DNA of 64,000 nt, from contig CAWHCF010000036.1 of the NCBI GenBank assembly GCA_963827655.1, forward strand, positions 232,827-296,826. The letters run 5' to 3'. The position numbers and the translations under genes were made by a program. The notes below the pieces were generated by a model. The model saw only the letters and a program-made list of their open reading frames with translations, was not told the origin of the DNA and did not search any database. Below, in pieces: positions 10,052 to 19,194 of this stretch (position 1 is the stretch's first letter; every line of letters begins with the position of its first letter). The DNA is from an uncultured Acidobacteriota bacterium. GTDB taxonomy: Bacteria > Acidobacteriota > UBA6911.

Positions 10052-11524
10052 GTGATGCGCGTCGTAACTGGAGGGATCAGCCACGAGACCAGCACCTTCA
10101 CGCCCATCCCGACAACCTGGGGGAGTTACGACGAGCGCTTCAATCTTCGGGGAGCGGCCGTGCTGGAGACCTTTCGCGGCACTAACACGCCGATCGGCGG
10201 CTTCATTGAGGGGTCGGAGTCACACGGTTTCGAGCTGGTACCTACCCTCTTTACCGAGGCATTTCCCAGCGCGCCGACACCGCGGAGAATCTTCGACTTG
10301 CTGCTCGGCGAACTGCTGCAACGGATTGAGGAAGCGGGGCCAGTCGATGGCGTCCTGCTCGACCTGCACGGCGCCATGATCGCCGAGGGAATCGACGATG
10401 CCGAGAGCCACATTCTGGCCTCGGTGCGCGGGCTCGTCGGCCCGAAGGTTCCGATCGTGGCGCAGCTCGATCTCCACTCGCACATGTCGCACCGCATGAT
10501 CGAGATTGCCGACGTTCTCATCGGGCGGGAGACCTACCCGGAGGTCGATATGGCCGAGCGCGGGCGAGAATGCGCCGACGTCTTGGCCAGGATTCTCAAG
10601 GACGGTCTCCGGCCCGCGACGGCGCTTCACCAGGTCCCGATGGCGTGGTGCGGCAATGATGTGACTGCCATGCCGCCGGCCAGTGAAGCGATCGCCGAGC
10701 TGCACCGGATCGAGCGTGAGCCCGGAGTCGTCTGCGGCTCCATCGCCATGGGGTTCCCCTTTGCCGACGTGCCCGACATGGGCGTGTCGGTGTTCGTCGT
10801 CACCGACGGCGATAAGGCGCTCGCACAATCCTATGCGGACCATCTAGGCGAGTGGATCTTCGACAGGCGACAAGTCTGGTGGGATTTTCCCATGCCGAGC
10901 ACTCGAGAGGCTCTCGACCTGGCCCGAATCGAGCAACGCTTTCCCGTGATCTTTGCCGACACGAACGACAACACAGGAGGCGGGACCGCGGGCGACAGCA
11001 CGGGCATGCTCGAGGTCTTCCTCGAGGCCAAGCTCGAGGACGCGTGCCTGCTTTACATTGTGGACCCTGAGGCAGTCGCTCAATGCGCCCAGGCGGGAGT
11101 GGGCGCGACGGTAACATTGAACGTCGGCGGGAAGTCCTCCCCGCTGCAAGGACGTCCGGTCCGCATGACCGCCGAGGTTATGGGGCTGGCTGACGGCCGC
11201 TTTCGCTACGACGGGCCGATGTATGCCGGGCTCGAGGGCAATCTGGGTCCCTCGGCCTGGATCCGTCAGGTGGGAGTCCATGTTGTGCTGGTGAGCAAGC
11301 GCGAGCAACCCTTCGATGCGGCCCTGGCGCGCACTCTGGGGCTGGAACCGCGCCGGATGCGCTACCTCGGGCTCAAGTCGAGCGGTCATTTCCGAGCCAG
11401 CTTCGGGTCATGGGCCGGGGCCATACACGTGGTTTACGAGCCGAGCGTTCACGACTTCACGCTGAGAACGCTCCGTTTCCACAGGCTCGGCCGCGAGCTT
11501 TACCCGGTCGACGGCAGGTGGTAG
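10052..11524 (+). CDS. M81 family metallopeptidase (MlrC-like)
   Basis: HETSTF, DLHGAM, LDLHSH, TYPEVD, DNTGGGTAGD, LKSSGHFRA. Confidence 0.92.
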   Translation: MMRVVTGGISHETSTFTPIPTTWGSYDERFNLRGAAVLETFRGTNTPIGGFIEGSESHGFELVPTLFTEAFPSAPTPRRIFDLLLGELLQRIEEAGPVDGVLLDLHGAMIAEGIDDAESHILASVRGLVGPKVPIVAQLDLHSHMSHRMIEIADVLIGRETYPEVDMAERGRECADVLARILKDGLRPATALHQVPMAWCGNDVTAMPPASEAIAELHRIEREPGVVCGSIAMGFPFADVPDMGVSVFVVTDGDKALAQSYADHLGEWIFDRRQVWWDFPMPSTREALDLARIEQRFPVIFADTNDNTGGGTAGDSTGMLEVFLEAKLEDACLLYIVDPEAVAQCAQAGVGATVTLNVGGKSSPLQGRPVRMTAEVMGLADGRFRYDGPMYAGLEGNLGPSAWIRQVGVHVVLVSKREQPFDAALARTLGLEPRRMRYLGLKSSGHFRASFGSWAGAIHVVYEPSVHDFTLRTLRFHRLGRELYPVDGRW

Positions 11525-11526
11525 GT

Positions 11527-11613
11527 CTTGGTGTTTCTTGGAGTCTTCGTTCTTCGTGGTTAGCGTTGCGAAACAATTACCACGAGGCCACAAAGACTCG
11601 AAGAAACACCAAG
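11527..11613. repeat. Intergenic REP-like imperfect inverted repeat
   Basis: TCTTGGTGTTTCTTGGAGTCTTCG...CGTGGT pairs with ACCACGAGG...AAAGACTCGAAGAAACACCAAG. Confidence 0.6.
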
Positions 11614-11623
11614 GGAGCAGCCA

Positions 11624-13756
11624 ATGAAAGAGATCTTCAAACTCATCGGTGCGCACAGGCGCGCACTCCTTGCCCTGAGCATCGGTTCAGTTCTCGTTGC
11701 GCTTGTCGTCCATAGACTGGACGCTCAACGGCGAGGCCCCGCCGTCGCCTCGGGAGTTCCAGCCCCACAGCTCTATTACGTCAGCCGAGTCCCGCTTTCG
11801 GAGTGGGAACTGGACGGGAGCGTTGCCGAAGGCGATCTGGCAAAGGTGATCCTGAGACACAAGGAAACGAAGCTCCCGCCGGCGCAGCTCCTCAAGGCGG
11901 TCCATGGCCAGCGCGATTATCGTGTCGAGGACTTTGACCAGCTGTCCGGGCCTCACTTGATCAAGGTCGCGGTGCAGGAAAACGGAGACGTCCAATTAGC
12001 GGCGGCGCCCGAGAAGATCGTGATGATGCCGATCCACCGATACGTCGTGCCGCTCTTGATCAAGAGCGAACGCAGCACGCCCGGGATGCTGCAGGTGCAG
12101 GTGGCGACCCGGAGCTACGAATTACCGCTGCCGCCCCAGTCCGTACGCGGGTACTGCGTCAACCTGCGCGCGGACCAGGTTGGGACCTCGCTCACGAAGA
12201 TAGCAGTGAAGTTTGGCGAGCAGCAGAAAGAAGCTCCGTTGACCCTCGACGTCCGGCCCGCGGCGACGCTAAAGGTCCGTCTCACGGACCCAGGAAACGA
12301 GCCTGCGGCCGCGAGGGTTTATCTTTTCGGAAGCGATGGCCTGGCTCACTCCCCCAACGGCGGGCTGGCCCGGATGACACTCGGCGGGGAGTACTTTTTC
12401 TACGCCGCTCGTGAATTCGAAGTGGTTCTTCCTGAAGGGGCCGCCGCGATCGAGGCGGTGCGAGGGATCGAGTACAGCCCGGTCCGGCGGGAAGTGGCCG
12501 TGAGATCGGACGGCACCCCGGAGATTGAAATCAGGCTGGAGCCGCGACTGCCCATTCATCGCAAGGACTGGTATTCGGCCGATGCGCACATTCACGCGAA
12601 CTACGTCAACAACGAGTCGGTCGAGCTGGAGGACATCCGTCTTCAGATTCTCGGCGAGGGTCTCGACCACGCCAACCTGATGGTGGCCAACTCTTACTCG
12701 GCTGTTGTCCACGACCTGCGCTTCTTCGAAGGAAAACCTAACCGCGCCAGCCAGGGCCGCACGGTGCTCTATTGGAACGAGGAGATGCGAAATCGCTCCC
12801 TCTACGGGCACATGGCCTTCTTCAACTTGAAGCAGCTCGTTCATCCGCTTTTCACCGGGTTTCCCGGCACTCCGAACTTCGAGGACTATCCACCGAATCA
12901 CCACCAGGCTCAGAAGGCGCAAGCGCAGAAAGGCGCTGTGACCTACGTGCATCCTGCGACGCGGCCAGGCTTCCAGGGAACGGGCGCAGTCGGCGCCAAG
13001 GAGTTTCCCGTCGACCTTGCATTAGGCCAGGTCGACGCCCTGGATGTGCTGAGCAATTTCAACGAAATGGCCTCGATGGAGCTCTGGTACCGAGCGCTGA
13101 ATTGCGGCTTCCGCTGCGCGATCTCTGCCGGAACCGACGCATTCACAAACCATCTCATGGGGACATTGCCCGGCGCGGGCCGTGTCTATGTTCACGTCCC
13201 GGGCGCGTTCTCATACGATCGCTGGGTCGAGCAATACAAGAAGGGGGTGAGCTTCGCCACCAACGGTCCGTCACTGACGTTCACGGTTGACGGGAAGCTC
13301 CCTGGCGATGAGATTCGCGTCCCGGCGGGCAGCTCCAGGGTCTCGCTGCGCGTCAAGGCGGTTGTGGACACGCTGGTTCCAGCCGACCGGCTCGAGATTG
13401 TGGTCAACGGCCAGGTGGTAGCGACCCAGGCCGCGCCGTCGAGCGGGACGAGGTGGGAGATCGAGCGCGAAGTCCCGGTCGAACGCAGTTCCTGGATCGC
13501 GGCGCGAGTCCTCGGACCGGCGCACCGTCTCGTTATCAACGATGCCCAGGCGTTCGCGCACAGCAGTCCCGTCTACTGCTACTTCGGCAATCAGCCGATT
13601 TGGAGCCGGCAGGACGCTGAATTCTTCGTCGACTGGATCGACCAGCTCATCGCAAGCGTCGAGCAGCGAGGTGTTTTCCGGTCGCCCGATCGACGTGACA
13701 ACGTGGTGCAGCTCTTCCGGAAAGCGCAGGCGATCTACCGCAACGGACCCCCGTAG
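11624..13756 (+). CDS. CehA/McbA family PHP-fold metallohydrolase
   Basis: ARVYL..SDG, RGIEY, WYSADAHIH, NEEMR..LYGHM, YVHP, WYRALNCG..SAGTD, FATNGP, AHSSPVY. Confidence 0.88.
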   Translation: MKEIFKLIGAHRRALLALSIGSVLVALVVHRLDAQRRGPAVASGVPAPQLYYVSRVPLSEWELDGSVAEGDLAKVILRHKETKLPPAQLLKAVHGQRDYRVEDFDQLSGPHLIKVAVQENGDVQLAAAPEKIVMMPIHRYVVPLLIKSERSTPGMLQVQVATRSYELPLPPQSVRGYCVNLRADQVGTSLTKIAVKFGEQQKEAPLTLDVRPAATLKVRLTDPGNEPAAARVYLFGSDGLAHSPNGGLARMTLGGEYFFYAAREFEVVLPEGAAAIEAVRGIEYSPVRREVAVRSDGTPEIEIRLEPRLPIHRKDWYSADAHIHANYVNNESVELEDIRLQILGEGLDHANLMVANSYSAVVHDLRFFEGKPNRASQGRTVLYWNEEMRNRSLYGHMAFFNLKQLVHPLFTGFPGTPNFEDYPPNHHQAQKAQAQKGAVTYVHPATRPGFQGTGAVGAKEFPVDLALGQVDALDVLSNFNEMASMELWYRALNCGFRCAISAGTDAFTNHLMGTLPGAGRVYVHVPGAFSYDRWVEQYKKGVSFATNGPSLTFTVDGKLPGDEIRVPAGSSRVSLRVKAVVDTLVPADRLEIVVNGQVVATQAAPSSGTRWEIEREVPVERSSWIAARVLGPAHRLVINDAQAFAHSSPVYCYFGNQPIWSRQDAEFFVDWIDQLIASVEQRGVFRSPDRRDNVVQLFRKAQAIYRNGPP

Positions 13757-13780
13757 CTGGAGCGCTGATCAGGTGTGAAG

Positions 13781-13955
13781 TCATTGGTCATTTAGTCATT
13801 TTTCAAATTCGTCATTTATGAAGGGAGATGGAGATTGTGGCAAGGGCCATTGCGTAGCTACTACGGTAAGCGCATACGCGGATGCCCGCAGCACCAACTG
13901 GTGACAAATCGCACAGATGCTCATGACAAATGACTAAATGAGAAATGACCAATGA
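13781..13955. repeat. AATGAC-type inverted tandem repeat between convergent genes
   Basis: TCATTGGTCATTTAGTCATTTTTC at 13781 mirrored by ATGACAAATGACTAAATGAGAAATGACCAATGA at about 13923-13955. Confidence 0.65.
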
Positions 13956-13963
13956 AAGCTCCA

Positions 13964-16030
13964 TCAGCTGCCGTTACCCTTCACGTACAGATCGAACCAT
14001 TCCAGGTTGCGTTGCATGCAATCGAGCAAGAGTTTGGGCTCTTCGATGCCGTGCGGCGTGCGCGGGTAGATGACCATTTTGACCGTGCAGCCTTGCCGTT
14101 TCAGGGCGTTGTACAATTCCTGACCCTGCGACAGCGGCACGCGCTCGTCGCGCTCACCGTGCTGGATGAGCGTCGGCGTGCTCACGCCCTTGACGTTGAA
14201 CATGGCGGAGTGGGCGCGGTAGGTGTCGAGCTTGTCCCAGGGCTCGCCGCCAAAATAGTCGGGCAGGAAGCCTGGGATGTCGGCAGTGCCGGTGAAGCTC
14301 ATGAGGTTGGTAACCCCTGCCCCCACCGACGCAGCCCGGAAGCGCCTGGTCTGGGTGATGACCCAGGAAGTCATGTAGCCGCCGTAGCTCCAGCCCATGA
14401 CGCCTAACCGCTCCGGATCGGCGACCCCCGCGGCGACGACGTGATCGACTCCGGTCATCAAGTCCTTGTAGTCCATGCCCCCCCAGTCGCCGTAGTTGGC
14501 GTGGCGAAACTTCTGCCCGTAGCCGCTGCTGCCGCGAATGTTGCAGCGGAGGACGGCGTAACCGCGCGAGGCGAACGCTGCGATGGGGTAGAGGCCCGAG
14601 GCGCCGATGTAGTTCTGCGAGAACACGCCCATCGGCCCGCCGTGGATCACGAGCAGCAGCGGATAGCGTTTCCCCTTCTCGTAGCCGACGGGGTAGGTGA
14701 GCAAGCCTTCGACTTCGAGGGCATCCGCCGATTTCCAGCGGACTACCTCCGTCCGTCCCAGCGGCGGCACGGCAACGTCCTGGTTTTCCCGGCTGACCTG
14801 GGCTGGTTCGAAGCGTTCCACCGCGCTGACGTAGGCCTCGGCTGGTCGAGTCAGGCCTTCCCAAGCGAATCCGAGCTTGGTTCGGCTGTGATTCAAATGG
14901 ACGCCGCCGACCATCATGCCGTCGGCCTGGCTTATCTGCTGCGGCTTGGCGTCCAACGGGAGCGCTCCGACCTGCAATGTCGTGCCACGTGCCTCGGCGT
15001 AGTAGAGCTTGCTGCCATCTGCGGACCAGCCGATCAGATCGGAATAGCGCCCGAAGCGGTCAAAGGTTTCCGTCAATGATCTTGGCACGCCGCCGTTGGC
15101 TGGAATTACGTGAATGACGCCGCTGCCGCCCCAGGTCGGCGGATTGTCGCTGGCGACATAGGCGATCTGCCGGCCGTCCGGCGAAAAGCAAGGTAAAGTT
15201 TCGGCTGCTCGGGTCTGCACCAACGGTTTGACGGTTCCCGTTGCGACATCGACCAGCATGAGATCGGCGCTCATCCAGTCGTCGGGGCGCGGCGTGGAAG
15301 TCCGGGAGAATACCAGGGCCTTCCCGTCCGGCGACCAATCGAACGCCCGGCCAGTCCGCCCGCCTTCATTGCCGACACTGTAATTGCCCTTGGTGAGAAG
15401 CCTTGCTTCCGCTGGGGGACCGTTCGTTGGCCGGGAGGAAATCACATAGAGCCGGCTCATCTTGATGTTTTCGTCCACCACCCGGGCGTCGTTTTTCTCC
15501 TTGGTCGCCTTCTCCTCTTCGGACGTGAGGGGATCAAGAGCGGTGAAGGCAATCGACTGGCCATCCGGCGACCACTTGAAGCTGCCCACACTGTCCTTCA
15601 CGGCGGTTAGCACCCGCGCCTCGCCGGCCTGCACTCGGATTATCCAGATATTCCTCTTGCCCAGGCGCTTGGAGAGGAAAGCGATCGATTCGCCGTCCGG
15701 CGACCACTGGGGCGAATCGCACGCGTGTTCCCCCTGGGTCAGTTGGAGTGGCATGCTGCCATCCGCATTCGCGAGATGAAGGTGTGTCAGGTACTCGCTC
15801 TTTTCGCCCTCCATCAGCGCCTTGCGGGCCGTGTAAACAACTCGCTTGCCGTCCGGCGAAACATCCACGCCGCCGATCTGGCGGACTTGCATCATCAGCT
15901 CAGGCGTCCATGCGCGCCCCGGGGGTGCGCCTTGCCGGGCCGGCGCCTTCGGGGTCTGCAACATGAGGATAAGGAAGGCAAGCACGAGGGCGCTCGACGC
16001 GCGACGACAAGTCAGGATTGACTCGATCAT
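13964..16030 (-). CDS. S9 family prolyl oligopeptidase/acylaminoacyl peptidase
   Basis: WD40-like SPDG repeats, IHGGP, GWSYGG, GERDERVP, YPRTPHG catalytic triad motifs. Confidence 0.95.
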   Translation of the reverse strand: MIESILTCRRASSALVLAFLILMLQTPKAPARQGAPPGRAWTPELMMQVRQIGGVDVSPDGKRVVYTARKALMEGEKSEYLTHLHLANADGSMPLQLTQGEHACDSPQWSPDGESIAFLSKRLGKRNIWIIRVQAGEARVLTAVKDSVGSFKWSPDGQSIAFTALDPLTSEEEKATKEKNDARVVDENIKMSRLYVISSRPTNGPPAEARLLTKGNYSVGNEGGRTGRAFDWSPDGKALVFSRTSTPRPDDWMSADLMLVDVATGTVKPLVQTRAAETLPCFSPDGRQIAYVASDNPPTWGGSGVIHVIPANGGVPRSLTETFDRFGRYSDLIGWSADGSKLYYAEARGTTLQVGALPLDAKPQQISQADGMMVGGVHLNHSRTKLGFAWEGLTRPAEAYVSAVERFEPAQVSRENQDVAVPPLGRTEVVRWKSADALEVEGLLTYPVGYEKGKRYPLLLVIHGGPMGVFSQNYIGASGLYPIAAFASRGYAVLRCNIRGSSGYGQKFRHANYGDWGGMDYKDLMTGVDHVVAAGVADPERLGVMGWSYGGYMTSWVITQTRRFRAASVGAGVTNLMSFTGTADIPGFLPDYFGGEPWDKLDTYRAHSAMFNVKGVSTPTLIQHGERDERVPLSQGQELYNALKRQGCTVKMVIYPRTPHGIEEPKLLLDCMQRNLEWFDLYVKGNGS

Positions 16031-16153
16031 GACAGCCTCCAATTCAGGCAAAGCGAGGGCAGCTCTGGCGAAACCCGATACCGCTAGTTGGGGCCCGGGC
16101 GACGAAGGACACGTCTATTCGGACCAGGCCCAGGCCGGCGCGTGCACTCGCGC

Positions 16154-16387
16154 TCAGACCTTCGGCAACTCTTTGCTCCCGACAATCGTCAGATTCAAGC
16201 CGATCTGGACCGAGACCGGCGTCCCGCCCACGTCCAGGGTCACCTTGCTATTGAGGTACCAGCCAAGCGAGCCGGTCGAAAACTCTTTGACCTCCGCCAT
16301 AAACGGGACGTTGGCAATCGTTACCGGCACCGGCTTTGCCTTGCCCTGAAAGTCAGCGCGGGTAATGGGGCAGCTCGTCTTGGCCAT
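16154..16387 (-). CDS. Small conserved-looking hypothetical protein (77 aa, beta-rich)
   Basis: ATG preceded by AGAGGA; GC3-biased codons; KEFSTGSLGW and VQIGLNLTIVGSKE motifs. Confidence 0.7.
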   Translation of the reverse strand: MAKTSCPITRADFQGKAKPVPVTIANVPFMAEVKEFSTGSLGWYLNSKVTLDVGGTPVSVQIGLNLTIVGSKELPKV

Positions 16388-16509
16388 CAGCAGGTCCTCT
16401 TGAATGGTCGAAGCGTAGGGTTGGTAAGGGAGTCGGCATCATACCACGCACCCCGCGGGGGGCGCCAGCAAGTGAGCCATTCAGTCCAATCCGCGGATTT
16501 GCTCGGACG

Positions 16510-18069
16510 TCATGTGGCGGGCTCCGTCCGAGGCAAAGTTGATTCCCTCGGTGATGGAGAAAGTAGCGCCGCAGACTCTATAGGAATGGCATCCCGGCGG
16601 GAGCGGCAGAAGCGGTAGAAGAGGTGGCGGACTCGCGACGCCTCGACAAGCGGCCGCCAAACCGGTCCGGTCAACCTGTGGCGGATGAGGAAGGGCCAGA
16701 GCCAGTTCGATTTCTTATAAAGCAAGGACATGGCGATATAGGGAAGAACTGCGGCAGCGTGCTCGGGCCGCCGCCGCCAGATTGACTTCAGCGAGAACAG
16801 CGTGTGGTACGACCAGGCATAACCTTCCTCCAGTGCCTCCGGGGACATGTGTCTGGGGAGGAAAACCGCGTGCCCCGTATCATAAAGCTCCCAGTCACGA
16901 TGCAGGATTCTTCTCTGAGATTCCAGCTCGCGGAAGAGGGGCGTCCCTGGATAAGGCGTGAGAATGTGAAAGGTCGCATTTTCCAGATGCGCGCCTTCGA
17001 TCCAGCGAACCGTCTGCTCGAAGACATCGGGGCGATCGTGATCGAATCCGAAGACAAAGCTGCCGTTCACCTGAATGCCGAACTGGTGGAGTAGGTCCAC
17101 GCGTCGGGCATAGTCCTCGGGCCGGGGAGTTTTTTTGTGCGCATCCTCCAGGTTTTCTGCAGTGATGGACTCGAAGCCGACAAAGACGCCCACGCAGCCC
17201 GAAAGGGCCATCTCCCGAACCAGGCCGGGATCATCCGTGACATCGATGGTTACCGCGGCGCTCCAAATCTTCCCCAGACGGGCCATTTCCCGGCAAAGCT
17301 GGCGGAGATAGCGCGGCCGGGAGCCGAGGTTGTTGTCGACGAACACGGCGTAGGGCTGCGCGTCAGATCGAAATTCGTCCACGACCTGCTGCGCGTCTCG
17401 CATGAGATAAGGCATGTGCAGACCTTCCGTTGAGAGATAACAGAAGTCGCAGCGATTGTGGCAGCCACGCGTGGCGATAAGACTGGTGGTCGTCAAGAAG
17501 GACCGGCGTGGAAGGAGCGACCGACGAGGTGGAGGATCGTCGCGGTAGGGTCGGCGATAGCTCCCGAGATAACGCGGTCGAAGCCGCCCGAATTCGACAT
17601 CCCTCAAGATTGCCGGCCACAGTTGTACTCCTTCTCCAAGGGCCAGGGCATCGGCATGCGGCGCCGCCTCCTCCGGACAGCTCAGGACGTGAAGACCTCC
17701 GAGCACGACCCTGGCCCCGCGTGTCCGATACCAGTGCGCCAGTTCGTAGGCACGTCGCGCGAACGTCAGGTGAACGGTAATACCCACGACCTGCGGGAAG
17801 GGCTCGAACGGGGGATGCCCCTGCAGCAGGTTTTCGTCCCAGTAGCGAATCGACCAGTCGGGCGGAGTCGCGCCCGCGATGGAGGTGAGGGCGAGCGTCG
17901 GCGTCAGGACATGTTTGCCAAAGCTCGCCACCGGATCTTTGGGATAGAAGGGATTGATCAGAAGCGCACTTTTGGGCTGCGGGATGCCCACGCGGCGGTC
18001 GCAGCAAAGCTCAGGCGCGACCCTCATGCTGCGGGGCCAGAAGTATCCCTCTCTGCCATCAGGTCTCAT
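16510..18069 (-). CDS. Cobalamin-binding radical SAM protein
   Basis: VVLGGLH and GEG B12-binding domain motifs, TRGCHNRCDFC cluster motif, VGFES, TPYPGTP. Confidence 0.92.
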   Translation of the reverse strand: MRPDGREGYFWPRSMRVAPELCCDRRVGIPQPKSALLINPFYPKDPVASFGKHVLTPTLALTSIAGATPPDWSIRYWDENLLQGHPPFEPFPQVVGITVHLTFARRAYELAHWYRTRGARVVLGGLHVLSCPEEAAPHADALALGEGVQLWPAILRDVEFGRLRPRYLGSYRRPYRDDPPPRRSLLPRRSFLTTTSLIATRGCHNRCDFCYLSTEGLHMPYLMRDAQQVVDEFRSDAQPYAVFVDNNLGSRPRYLRQLCREMARLGKIWSAAVTIDVTDDPGLVREMALSGCVGVFVGFESITAENLEDAHKKTPRPEDYARRVDLLHQFGIQVNGSFVFGFDHDRPDVFEQTVRWIEGAHLENATFHILTPYPGTPLFRELESQRRILHRDWELYDTGHAVFLPRHMSPEALEEGYAWSYHTLFSLKSIWRRRPEHAAAVLPYIAMSLLYKKSNWLWPFLIRHRLTGPVWRPLVEASRVRHLFYRFCRSRRDAIPIESAALLSPSPRESTLPRTEPAT

Positions 18070-18465
18070 AGCGAGGTCCTTTCACTTTATATTGAGAAGT
18101 ACTTTACATATGCTAAAGCTTTCTGTCGAGAGGAATCCTCTGTCAAGACACCGCGCCGAATAAAAAGATGTCGGAGCGGGCCGTGCAGGGTGTCGGCGAG
18201 GTTGAGCGCGTAGATGGGAGCGCCGCCTCGAGCGGCCACGCACGAGTCTCTTTGAGGATGGCGGAGAGCGTGACCTGATCGACACGCGCACATAGAGGTA
18301 AAGTGGGCGCTGGGTCCGGGCGCCCGCGCATCCGCTCCCGCTGGCAAGAATGGGACTTCATCACCTCTCCACGAATGACGTGCTAAACACGCCGCGTCCC
18401 TGGATTAGAGAGTCATCGTTGCATTAACTTGTGGCTCGCTCTGACCCAACGATCTATGGGTCCGA

Positions 18466-18504
18466 TTCACAAAACTTTAAATTCTTTTTCGTCATTTGTT
18501 CATA
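18466..18504 (+). promoter_or_regulatory. Putative Pho box array
   Basis: TTCACA/TTAAAT/TTCGTC/TTCATA at exact 11-bp period (18466, 18477, 18488, 18499) upstream of the alkaline phosphatase operon. Confidence 0.5.
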
Positions 18505-18624
18505 AGCCCGCCGCAGACTTGCCTTCCAGAGAATTCGACTTGATTTCAAGATACGTCACGGTTGTCGATCGCCTTGTCAGGCATCCGGTCCTCGTGAGCC
18601 GTAAGACTTCCTCAGGCGTGCAGT

Positions 18625-19159
18625 ATGAACTCGATCAGATGGCTGAGTTGTGCAGCATTGTTTCTGAGCAGCGCACGTCTCGGCGCAGCACCGGCACACG
18701 TTGTCCTGTCCCAGGAAAAGGAAGCAGGCTCAATCGCAAGGAACCGCGACTTACAGGACGTTGAGCTTCCTGAGATTCAGTTCAAGGACTTTTTCGACCC
18801 GATCGGCGATCGCGGGCTGACCCTTACCGGGCGCCTGGTGAGTCTTCACGGTAAGCGAGTCCGTATCCGTGGATATGCAGTCCGTGAAGACAAGGCTCAT
18901 GCTCGACGATTCCTTCTGACGTCGCTTCCGGTTCAGCTTCACAGTGAGTACGGCATGGCGGACGACCTTCCCCCAGCAACGGTTTTTGTCACACATACCC
19001 CGTAATCTGGAAGCGCCTCAGCTGAAAGGTGGCTTGCTCGTTCTTAGCGGCACCCTGGATATCGGAAACCGAGAGGAACCCGATGGCCGGATTTCATTGG
19101 TTCGGTTAACCCTGGATTCAATACTCCAACCTCTACCTCGACCCCCGACGCGGCATTGA
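18625..19159 (+). CDS. Exported hypothetical OB-fold-like protein (DUF3299-like), frameshifted near 18995
   Basis: Signal peptide, LHGKRVRIRGY; continues in the 18944..19159 frame (LVLSGTLDIGNREEPDGRISLVRL). Confidence 0.65.
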
Positions 19160-19194
19160 CCTCGAGTCCGCATGGTTCGGAAGAAAGGACATCG

